Shown here: piece after piece, positions 38,248 through 46,363 of the stretch
Layout: each line of letters starts with the position of its first letter
Numbering within the stretch: the first letter of the stretch is position 1
Assembly (NCBI GenBank): GCA_029881255.1
Contig: JAOUMY010000010.1
Coordinates: forward strand, 92,653-156,652
Reading direction: 5' to 3'
Length of the DNA stretch: 64,000 bases
DNA from: Gammaproteobacteria bacterium
GTDB lineage: Bacteria; Pseudomonadota; Gammaproteobacteria; S012-40
Made by a program: the position numbers and the translations under genes
The notes under the pieces: generated by a model
The model's database searches: none
Told to the model about the DNA's origin: nothing
Seen by the model: only the letters and a program-made list of their open reading frames with translations

Positions 38248-40287
38248 ATGAGCAAAACTCTGATCCAAGGTATGAAACGCTGGCCGCTGTGGCTGCAAGT
38301 AAATTTGGCAATGCTTTTCGTTACTGTTCTGGTGACTCTGGTAGTAGGTGGATATATACGGGAGGAAGAATCCGAATACTACACTCAGGAAAATGATGTA
38401 GAAGGAAAGCGAGTATTGTCCCTAGTCGGTTTGGCTGCTGCAAAACCACTAGCGGAAAAGGATGATTCGGCGCTTCATCGCTTGGTACAAGACATCACAT
38501 CACTCACTACCGATATTGTTGGACTAACAGTGTTTGACGATACGGGCAAGATTCGCACGCGATGGTCCAAAGAAGAAGATCTATCAACATCCACAACGGA
38601 TTTGAGCAAAGAGCTGTTTGTCGATAATCAATTTGTGGGCAGTGTTCGCATCAGTTGGAAAGATGCCAGTGCCATTTCCAATGTTAGTCGCCATATTGAT
38701 GAAATGCAGATGGTTATTTTGGTTTCATTTCTGTTTTTTTGCGTAGCAGCAACACTGGTTTTTCACAAATTGGCGGTGTCCCCGGTGAATGTCATTAATC
38801 GCCGATTACTCTCGTTGGCTGATGGCGACTATGATTCAAGACTAAGTTTATCCACGTCTGAAGAGATTGCTCGCCTGAGCAGCTCATTTAACAAGCTAAG
38901 TGACGTGCTGCAATGCCAGGAAGATGAAAGCCAGCGTATGCAAGAGTTGCTGGAAAACAAGGTGCATTCCAGGACGCGCGAGCTTGAGAAGCTGTATGAG
39001 CAAATGAAATATCAGGCCTTTCACGATGCTTTGACGGGCTTGCCAAATCGCATGTTGCTTAATGATCGGTTGCAGCATGTCATTGTTAGAGCGCATCGCT
39101 ATGGCGTTAACGCAGCAGTGCTGTTTGTTGACCTTGATCGCTTTAAACAAATAAACGATTCATACGGGCATATGGTCGGTGACGAGTTAATCAAACGAAT
39201 TTCCGGTCGTCTACGCGGAGCCCTGCGCGAGGAAGATACGGTTGCCAGACTTGCCGGTGATGAGTTTGTGGTCGTGCTTTACGATATTAAGACACGCGAT
39301 AATGTTGAATCCGTAGTGCGGAAGTTGTTGAGGGCAATTTCTCGACCAATGTATATCGATAAGCTGACGATCGAAAGTGGAGCCAGTATAGGTGTGAGCT
39401 TTTTTCCTGAGGCCGGACATACGCCGGCTGAGCTGATAAAAAATGCGGATATTGCCATGTATCAGGCCAAAAAGAGTCTGCATAAGCAGTATGCATTTTA
39501 CGATGTCGCGATAGGCAAAGAGAATTCACGGCGTTTGAATATCATGCAAGACGTGGCCTTTGCAGTGCGCAATAATGAGTTACAGGTGCAATATCAAATC
39601 ATTAAGAACATCGAAACCAACCAGTGTTCTGGCGTAGAGGCACTGGCCAGATGGCTACACCCTGAATTAGGTATGATTTCGCCGGGCGATTTTATTCCTA
39701 TCGCCGAAGAGATAGGCGTCGTGACGCAAATAGACTTGTGGGTGCTCGAAACGGCCTGTCGCGAATTGAGCGAGTATAATCTGACGCACAATAAAAATTA
39801 TTTCATATCGGTGAATCTTTCGTCGAATACGTTTCAGTCTACGGATTTGATTGAAAAAATATCATGCATAGTTGAGCGTATGTCTACGCCGATGCCGGAT
39901 GTTCAAATCGAGATAACGGAGAACACCTATTTGCAGGAAGTGGAGCTGGTGTTTGAAAATATTCAACGTTTGAAGACTCTGGGGTTTCGTATTGCGGTCG
40001 ATGATTTCGGTTCCGGATATGCGTCTTTTTCTTATTTGACGCGACTTCCGATAGATACCGTGAAAATAGACAAGCAATTTATGCATCGCGTCACCAGCAA
40101 TGATAACTCTCACACCATAGCTAAGGCGATAATCAATCTAGGGAATAAGCTGGGTCTGATGGTAATTGCCGAGGGTGTTGAAAACCAGGACCAGGAAAAA
40201 TTTCTTTTGGAACAGCAGTGTTCGAGTGCGCAGGGTTTTTGGTATGGTTCTCCTGTTGGTATTCAGGATCTGGCGGTTGATTCGTAA
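38248..40287 (+). CDS. Membrane-bound diguanylate cyclase/phosphodiesterase (periplasmic sensor - HAMP - GGDEF - EAL)
   Basis: 679 aa with two TM segments and HAMP. The GGDEF motif reads AGDEF and has an I-site-like REED 5 residues upstream. The EAL domain is intact (GVEALARW, DDFGSGYAS, EGVENQ, QGFWY). Confidence 0.85.
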   Translation: MSKTLIQGMKRWPLWLQVNLAMLFVTVLVTLVVGGYIREEESEYYTQENDVEGKRVLSLVGLAAAKPLAEKDDSALHRLVQDITSLTTDIVGLTVFDDTGKIRTRWSKEEDLSTSTTDLSKELFVDNQFVGSVRISWKDASAISNVSRHIDEMQMVILVSFLFFCVAATLVFHKLAVSPVNVINRRLLSLADGDYDSRLSLSTSEEIARLSSSFNKLSDVLQCQEDESQRMQELLENKVHSRTRELEKLYEQMKYQAFHDALTGLPNRMLLNDRLQHVIVRAHRYGVNAAVLFVDLDRFKQINDSYGHMVGDELIKRISGRLRGALREEDTVARLAGDEFVVVLYDIKTRDNVESVVRKLLRAISRPMYIDKLTIESGASIGVSFFPEAGHTPAELIKNADIAMYQAKKSLHKQYAFYDVAIGKENSRRLNIMQDVAFAVRNNELQVQYQIIKNIETNQCSGVEALARWLHPELGMISPGDFIPIAEEIGVVTQIDLWVLETACRELSEYNLTHNKNYFISVNLSSNTFQSTDLIEKISCIVERMSTPMPDVQIEITENTYLQEVELVFENIQRLKTLGFRIAVDDFGSGYASFSYLTRLPIDTVKIDKQFMHRVTSNDNSHTIAKAIINLGNKLGLMVIAEGVENQDQEKFLLEQQCSSAQGFWYGSPVGIQDLAVDS

Positions 40288-40316
40288 CGGCATAGCGGAA
40301 AAGTTGCATTTATATA

Positions 40317-40353
40317 CGCAAACACTGCCCGACGTCGTGCGGTAGTGTTTGCG
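40317..40353. terminator. Hairpin between convergent GGDEF-EAL gene and porin gene
   Basis: CGCAAACACT...AGTGTTTGCG, a 10-bp outer stem. The U-tract is weak on both strands. Confidence 0.4.
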
Positions 40354-40369
40354 AAGTTTAATGACAATA

Positions 40370-41716
40370 CTAAAAAATCGCTAACATCTGCAGGCCGAGA
40401 ATTGGATCTACGGCCTCGGCGAGTTGAACCGCAAGGTCACGCTTAGCTGGATCCGAAATGCTGTCAGGGTTTGGGACACTCATCATGCGATGAGTATAGT
40501 TGGCAACGATGCGAGTCTTTTTGTTTATAAAGTATTGCAGGCCTAATGTGGCGTTGCTAAACACGCGTTCTTTGCTAGGGGTGTGTGTGGAGCGATTGTA
40601 CTGATCCCAGCGGAAGTCGAATTCTATGTGCTTCGTAACGTTGTAGCCTATATGTGTGTAAAATCCCCAGGCTGTGCCATTGGCTTCTACGTTTATCCCG
40701 GCGAATTCAGCGCCGGCGTTTTTCGTGGCGCCGACGACGGCGCCGTCGTCGGTACCATTCAGGATAACGCCTGTGCCAGTAATAAATTCCGCCGCAGCGC
40801 TGAGTTTTCCTTTGCGAAAGGTGCTGCCCAGACCGGAACGTGTACGATCATATAATTGATTATCCAGCGTTCGCTTACCCATTTGCGTCCAGGCAAACAT
40901 CTTCCAGCTTTGCATGCGTGGCCCCTCACCGGCAAAGACTTGCTCAGCAGAAAAGTAGGCATAGTATTCTTTTTGATTGTTATTGTCCTGGCGATTAATA
41001 CCGTTGCCATTGCCTATCATCAGAGCATATGACGCTTGCCACTTTCCGAAAACAAACATGTCAAAAAGCTGGGCGCCTATGTCACGGAATGCTCCGCGTC
41101 CTGCGACCGGCTTGTTTACACTTTCTTTAGTCGTATGCGCTGTGGTGCCTGTACCATTAACAAACGTTTCGAAGAGCAGGCCGTCGGTTACACTGCTGAA
41201 GTTGATGTAATCAAACACATGTATGGCCTGCAAGCCTTCCTCCGCTCCAGGTGTTTTAAATTGACCAACTCTGAAACGTGCGCCCGGTATTTGGTTGAGT
41301 GTGATGCTGGCGTCAGTTAAATACGCCGAGCCGCCACCATCACCGGGCACTGTAAGCGCATTGTGGCCAAATTCCGCAAGAATGAAGTAATTGGTTTTGC
41401 CGTCGAGTGGAAAGCCTTGTCCCCGCACGCCAATACGTGCGCGACGAATATTCATATCCCAAGTGGATTTTCCGTCAGGGCCAAGTATGTTGGCTTGATA
41501 GCGCTGTCCGACATAATCGCCGGCTGGAATGGTAGTACCTTTTATATACTGAGCAGTGGGTTGTATAAACCCCCACACGTGAGCACGACCAGCGGCGGAT
41601 GTGGGCTCTGTTCCCTGTAGTAACAGCCAGTTTGCTGCATGCGCAGGCAAGCCAGGATTCATGACAACGGAGATACAAATCACTGCGAGCGACAATTTCT
41701 TCAAATCCATCGGCAA
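40370..41716 (-). CDS. Outer-membrane porin, phosphate-selective porin O/P-like
   Basis: 448 aa with a signal peptide ending PAHA, the RRARIGVRG motif typical of the OprO/OprP family, alternating beta-strand pattern and a C-terminal aromatic residue (...LAIF). Confidence 0.7.
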   Translation of the reverse strand: MPMDLKKLSLAVICISVVMNPGLPAHAANWLLLQGTEPTSAAGRAHVWGFIQPTAQYIKGTTIPAGDYVGQRYQANILGPDGKSTWDMNIRRARIGVRGQGFPLDGKTNYFILAEFGHNALTVPGDGGGSAYLTDASITLNQIPGARFRVGQFKTPGAEEGLQAIHVFDYINFSSVTDGLLFETFVNGTGTTAHTTKESVNKPVAGRGAFRDIGAQLFDMFVFGKWQASYALMIGNGNGINRQDNNNQKEYYAYFSAEQVFAGEGPRMQSWKMFAWTQMGKRTLDNQLYDRTRSGLGSTFRKGKLSAAAEFITGTGVILNGTDDGAVVGATKNAGAEFAGINVEANGTAWGFYTHIGYNVTKHIEFDFRWDQYNRSTHTPSKERVFSNATLGLQYFINKKTRIVANYTHRMMSVPNPDSISDPAKRDLAVQLAEAVDPILGLQMLAIF

Positions 41717-41745
41717 TTCCTCTTCAATCCGCTACAGCTCAAAGT

Positions 41746-42198
41746 CTATGGTTTAACAAGCGTAAACCCTTTGGCCGTAAGATCCAGTATGTGTATTACA
41801 CCGGCCGAAACAATTTTGGCCTGGTTGTGAAGCGCAGGTTCTTTTCCCATTTGTTTGGCGAAACTTTTCAAGGTGTTGTTGCAGGCCGCGAAACGTACGC
41901 CACCATTGTTTACCAAGCCGTCAATGCGGTCCTTGTTCTCGTTATCTGCAAACAACAAGCGTAAGCCAGGCCCGAAGGCGACGATCTCGACATCGATTTT
42001 GTCCGGACCAAACACTTGAATAAGATTGTTAGCGACATTCAAAACAAAAGTTTGTTTGAAGGGATCGGCGTCGCTGATTTGCAGAACCACTTTTTTCTCG
42101 GCGAATGGTTTGTCGTCCGTCGCCATAACAGCGCTGCTGCTTAATGCCAGAAAACTCAAAACACTCCAAAGGGCTAGTTTGTGTAATAAACCTTGCAT
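41746..42198 (-). CDS. Periplasmic DsrE/DsrF-like family protein
   Basis: About 150 aa. The start is the ATG at 42198 after GGAGGA. Signal peptide (LSFLALSSSAVMA). KKVVLQISDADP...VEIVAFGPGL...VRFAACNNT resembles the COG1416 DsrE-like fold with its Cys. Confidence 0.6.
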   Translation of the reverse strand: MQGLLHKLALWSVLSFLALSSSAVMATDDKPFAEKKVVLQISDADPFKQTFVLNVANNLIQVFGPDKIDVEIVAFGPGLRLLFADNENKDRIDGLVNNGGVRFAACNNTLKSFAKQMGKEPALHNQAKIVSAGVIHILDLTAKGFTLVKP

Positions 42199-42468
42199 GC
42201 AATCCTCCAAAAATGCTTATCAAATATGCTGTCATGCGATGTGTATGCTCCGGAAAAGTCATTGCGTGGCTGTTGACGGCGCCGCGAGTAAGTAACTCAT
42301 TATCGACTAAGCGTGGCCTTTGACCTCACAAACTAAACCTAAGATATGCATGGTCTTGGTCTTGGTCTTTGGTGACCAAGACCTTCACTATACACATTGC
42401 GTCAAGTTGTAAAACCCTGAAATATGCATGAATAGAACCAGGCGTGAATAGCAGAGAAAAAATTATCA

Positions 42469-43377
42469 TTATTGTGACAATAAATAGAATGCAATCGCAT
42501 CGATCTGATCGGGCGACATGACAGTTTTCCAGGCGGGCATAGCGCTCCCTTTGACGCCTTCGGAAATCTTTTGCGATAAGCTAGCGATAGTTTGTTCGCC
42601 CAGAAAGGCGGCTTGAGTAAGATCTCGTGGATGGGGAAGTATAAACTGGCCTATCCAGTTTTTGCCGCTGCCGTCATTTGCGTGACAGAAGGTGCAGTTT
42701 TGCTGGAATAATTGTTGGCCTTGCAGATAGCGAGGGTCTTTGTGGTTTGTTCTGGTGTCCATTTTTTTATCGTGCAGGGCGTATGGAGAGGCGCTACTCG
42801 TCGTGTCGATGTCTGCCGTTTTATGAGAATACTGATTGCGTGGATAGGATAGCGGCCTGGATTCCCACACAAGGCCTTGTTGCTTAACCGTAGCGCGGTC
42901 ATGGCAGGAAACACAGGACGACATGAAGAGCTGCTTTCCTTTTCGTTGAATTTCGCTGAGACTCTCCCAAGGCGTGTCGAGCGCAATCTCTCCGGACACA
43001 AAGGGGAAAGCATCGCGATAGCGCTGGTGATTTTCCCAGCCGTTTTCGCGGCTGTGATAGACCGTATTTTTTTCTTTATTTTGAATAAACACTTGTCGTA
43101 CAAATGAAACCACTTGTGTGATTTCGGCTTCGCTAAGGAGTTGCTTGAAACCCTTCATCGCCGTACCCGGTTTGCCATCTCTAACGGCATCGATCATTTG
43201 TTGATAGCTAAGATCACCTGGGCGGGTATCCAAAAACGAACGTGGCGGGGGGGTAAGAAAAGAGGCCGCCAATGTCTGTGCATCACCCGAGTATCCGTGG
43301 CAGAAGTAGCAACGATAATTGTAAATTGCGCGACCTGCTTCCAGACTTGCTCTGTCGCTATGCGCCGACGTCAGAGC
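42469..43377 (-). CDS. C-terminal three-heme half of a six-domain c-type cytochrome (reachable only by a -1 frame change from the upstream ORF)
   Basis: The frame is open from 43431. CxxCH motifs are CYFCH (43297-43311, upstream of the tracked TTG start), CVSCH and CTFCH. There is no ATG/GTG/TTG before 43272 and no signal peptide. Confidence 0.6.
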   Translation of the reverse strand, partial: ALTSAHSDRASLEAGRAIYNYRCYFCHGYSGDAQTLAASFLTPPPRSFLDTRPGDLSYQQMIDAVRDGKPGTAMKGFKQLLSEAEITQVVSFVRQVFIQNKEKNTVYHSRENGWENHQRYRDAFPFVSGEIALDTPWESLSEIQRKGKQLFMSSCVSCHDRATVKQQGLVWESRPLSYPRNQYSHKTADIDTTSSASPYALHDKKMDTRTNHKDPRYLQGQQLFQQNCTFCHANDGSGKNWIGQFILPHPRDLTQAAFLGEQTIASLSQKISEGVKGSAMPAWKTVMSPDQIDAIAFYLLSQ

Positions 43378-44339
43378 TTTTTTTTTATGAAAGTGAGATA
43401 GACAAATTCGGCTATGTTGGCAACCTGCTGATCATTGAGGACAGTCTCCCATGCGGGCATGACGGTGCCTTTTTTGCCTTTCTTGATGGCATGAAATAAG
43501 GCGGGTCTGTCGAAACGTTGTTGCGTGTCGGCAGAAGTGAAGTCTCTTGGGCGAGGATAATTGAAATGTGCCCGTGGGCCTTTGCCGTCGCCCTGTTTAC
43601 CATGACAGGTAAAACAATTGTTCATATAAAATTTTTCACCTGCTGCGCTATCACCGACTAATCCTTTAGGAAAATTGGCAGAAGCATCGCTAGCGGATGA
43701 CCGTTCACTTTTGCTGCTTTCTTCAGACATGAACGAAGCGCGTATAAAGTCGACCACGCTCTCAATTTGTTGTGCATCCAATCGTCGTTGAAACGACATC
43801 ATAGCGGTACCCGGACGGCCGTACGTAACCGAGGTAATCATTCGCTCACGGCTGAGTTCTTCTCGTGCTGCTTCGCTGGTGAAGTTGCGTGGCGGTGGCG
43901 TCAAACCGTTTTTTGCCCAGACGGCGGTATTGCCATTGTCGCCATGACAGGCAGCGCAATGCTCGATATAGAGTTGTTTGCCAGCGGGAGTTTTATCACC
44001 GGTTTTATGACCGACGAAATGCGCCATTATATAATCGGCCAGCGCCGCAATTTGGCTTTCGCTCAGGCGTCGCCCGTAGGCCACCATTGCCGTGCCTTTT
44101 TTGCCATCCCTTATGGCCTGTGCAATATTTTTCTTGTTTAACTTGTCTCGCAAGGCAGTAAAGCTACTCGCTGGAGGTTGAAGATTGGCTCCTGCCCGTC
44201 CGCGGCCATCACCTTCGTCGCCATGACAGACGCCGCATTGCTTGCGATACAAACGTTCCACATCGTCTGCCGCTTGCACTGGGGATAGCAGCAAAGGGAG
44301 TAGTAGCGAACAAATTGTAATAACAGTTTTCAAGGACAC
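43371..44339 (-). CDS. N-terminal three-heme half of a six-domain c-type cytochrome (class I-type domains)
   Basis: Signal peptide MSLKTVITICSLLLPLLLSPVQA. CxxCH motifs CGVCH, CAACH and CFTCH, each followed by PPxR..F and a G-T-[AV]-M axial-Met segment. Confidence 0.8.
   Translation of the reverse strand: MSLKTVITICSLLLPLLLSPVQAADDVERLYRKQCGVCHGDEGDGRGRAGANLQPPASSFTALRDKLNKKNIAQAIRDGKKGTAMVAYGRRLSESQIAALADYIMAHFVGHKTGDKTPAGKQLYIEHCAACHGDNGNTAVWAKNGLTPPPRNFTSEAAREELSRERMITSVTYGRPGTAMMSFQRRLDAQQIESVVDFIRASFMSEESSKSERSSASDASANFPKGLVGDSAAGEKFYMNNCFTCHGKQGDGKGPRAHFNYPRPRDFTSADTQQRFDRPALFHAIKKGKKGTVMPAWETVLNDQQVANIAEFVYLTFIKKKL
43377..43386 (-). other. A9 homopolymer / A_AAA_AAG slippery heptamer at the junction of the two cytochrome ORFs
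   Basis: The minus strand reads TTC ATA AAA AAA AAG CTC TGA. A -1 shift or one extra A continues as GCT CTG ACG... into the downstream heme domains. Confidence 0.5.
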
Positions 44340-44477
44340 GGGATTGATACGTATAAAACAGTGGTTCGTTGCGGCAGGTCGGGTTTAATTGTGGCGTAAT
44401 TCAGGATTTTGCGCTACCCTAATGTGCTTTGAAAATTCGAACTACCGAAAAAGCGTCCATAACTGTCGGATTCATCA

Positions 44478-45287
44478 ATGTTTTTTAGTCAGGAAAAGGG
44501 TTCACCACGTAGCAGGGCTCGCTGGGGTATTGTGTCAGCTGTGGCGCTCGCATGTACCGCGTGGCTGAACATGACTCACGGTGAAGCGATTATTGGTGAC
44601 CCGGTTCAAGGGGCTAATGATCCGATACTCGGTACCAAACACGATTTTACCGGCCTCAATAAACGCGCTGGCGTTGTCGCCATGCCGGGCGTGGCGTTTA
44701 GTGATTTTGGTAATCCCTGCGTGCACTGTCACATTCCGCCGGATCAGGCAGATTCTGATTCGATAGCGCTTGGGGCAATTGAAGGCTGGAACCGCTATCA
44801 ACCGGCAACGAATGAATATCGCCTTTATGACAGCGTGCACCTTGATTCAAAAACGCGCACGCCAAGTCCGATCAGTTTACTTTGTCTTTCCTGTCATGAC
44901 GGCACCATGGGTGTAGACATGGTGGTATTCAAGCCTGGCAATTTTGACAGCGCCGAAGACAAGGCCATGCACATGCGTATCAATTCGGCGGACAATACCG
45001 TGAGTTGCGGAAAGTGTCATAATGGACGCGTCGCCCACGACATCTCGATCAAGCATCTTGCGCAAGATCTGAAGAACGATCATCCCATCTCGATGCGTTA
45101 TGCCGGTTTGTTACGCTCAGACGTTGATTTTCGACTGCCCCACACGCCTGGTGGTTTTGACAATGGCGTCAAGCTGTATGAAGGTCGGGTAGAGTGCGCG
45201 AGCTGTCACAACGTCCATAATCCTGAAAAAGACCTGTTATTGCGTGCTGACTCCGATCTTTTATGTCAGACCTGTCACACCAAATAA
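44478..45287 (+). CDS. Pentaheme c-type cytochrome (cytochrome c3 / doubled-CxxCH type)
   Basis: 269 aa with a signal sequence and five CxxCH motifs (CVHCH, CLSCH, CGKCH, CASCH, CQTCH). The last pair fits the doubled-CxxCH pattern C..CH.VH......LL......LC..CH. Confidence 0.8.
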   Translation: MFFSQEKGSPRSRARWGIVSAVALACTAWLNMTHGEAIIGDPVQGANDPILGTKHDFTGLNKRAGVVAMPGVAFSDFGNPCVHCHIPPDQADSDSIALGAIEGWNRYQPATNEYRLYDSVHLDSKTRTPSPISLLCLSCHDGTMGVDMVVFKPGNFDSAEDKAMHMRINSADNTVSCGKCHNGRVAHDISIKHLAQDLKNDHPISMRYAGLLRSDVDFRLPHTPGGFDNGVKLYEGRVECASCHNVHNPEKDLLLRADSDLLCQTCHTK

Positions 45288-46363
45288 ACGCCCGATTTTC
45301 GGCTATCGGTGTATGGGCATTTGTCATTGCTCTGTTGTCGGGCTGCGCAACACCACAAATTCGGCTAATTGATCCTCCTGTATATCCACCCCTACCCGCA
45401 GAAACGCGTTATGTCTACGAAGGATCGATTCGTAGTGGCAATAATATTACGGTGTCGACGTTTTCCGATCGCCTCAGAGAATTTGTGACGGGTATACAAG
45501 TTTCACCGCTGGGACTGGCCAAGCCCTATAGTTTGGTGGTGAAGAATGAACGGATTTATGTGTCGGACACACAGCAGCGCGCGATACTGGTGTTTGATCT
45601 GCAGCAGCGCACAGTCTCCAGTTTTGGCATGGAAGGTAAGGGCAGTCTGCTCAAACCGCTGGACCTGGCTATCTCCAAAGAAGACGAAATCTATGTAGTC
45701 GACATCTCCGCTAAACGGGTTGCCGTTTACGACTTGCAGGGGGATTATCTTCGCGCAATAGGTTCAGCCGATGATTTTCAACGGCCGGTTGGCATCGCCT
45801 GTCATCCGTCCAAGCCCTGGGTTTACGTGGTGGATGCCGGTGGTCTTGAAAGTGATAAACATCAAATTCTGATATTTGACAGACAAAGTGGCGCCTTAAT
45901 ACGTAAATTTGGTACACGCGGACGCGAACCTGGTCAGTTTAATTTGCCCCTTCAGGCAAGTATGAGTGAAGACGCGCGTTTGTACGTGGTCGATAGTGCG
46001 AATTTTCGCGTGCAGGTATTCGACGAAAACGGTGAATTTGTTTCCACCTTTGGGCAGCTCGGGCGTCGTAGTGGGCAGTTTTCTCGGCCCAAAGGGATAG
46101 CAACCGATAAGAATGGCAACGCCTATATTGTCGATACTGCGTTTGGCAATTTTCAGATTTTCACCCCGCAGGGCGAGTTGCTTTTATATATTGGTGCGCG
46201 CGCGACGTCTGGCGGGCCGGGAATGTTTAGTCTACCTTCCGGCATAGATGTAGATGAGCAGGGACGTATCTATGTCGTCGACCAGTTTTTCCGTAAGATC
46301 GATATCTTTCGTCCCGTTGAGATACCGCCGCGCAAGGTGTTTAGCTCACAAGTTCGACAATAG
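45263..46363 (+). CDS. NHL-repeat six-bladed beta-propeller lipoprotein
   Basis: Lipobox LLSGC. Six repeats of the form [IVL]YV[VS]D...R[VI].[VI][FY]D..G......G. Overlaps the cytochrome gene by 25 nt. Confidence 0.75.
   Translation: MSDLSHQINARFSAIGVWAFVIALLSGCATPQIRLIDPPVYPPLPAETRYVYEGSIRSGNNITVSTFSDRLREFVTGIQVSPLGLAKPYSLVVKNERIYVSDTQQRAILVFDLQQRTVSSFGMEGKGSLLKPLDLAISKEDEIYVVDISAKRVAVYDLQGDYLRAIGSADDFQRPVGIACHPSKPWVYVVDAGGLESDKHQILIFDRQSGALIRKFGTRGREPGQFNLPLQASMSEDARLYVVDSANFRVQVFDENGEFVSTFGQLGRRSGQFSRPKGIATDKNGNAYIVDTAFGNFQIFTPQGELLLYIGARATSGGPGMFSLPSGIDVDEQGRIYVVDQFFRKIDIFRPVEIPPRKVFSSQVRQ

Noticed and set aside
42651-43103. 150-aa alternative-frame minus ORF within the cytochrome gene
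   Set aside because: It overlaps the frame that carries the CxxCH motifs and has no motifs of its own.
42469-43272. TTG-initiated 267-aa cytochrome as an independent gene
   Set aside because: It would lack a signal peptide and would cut off an intact upstream CYFCH heme domain that lies in the same frame. It is better explained as the continuation of the upstream cytochrome across the A9 frame change.
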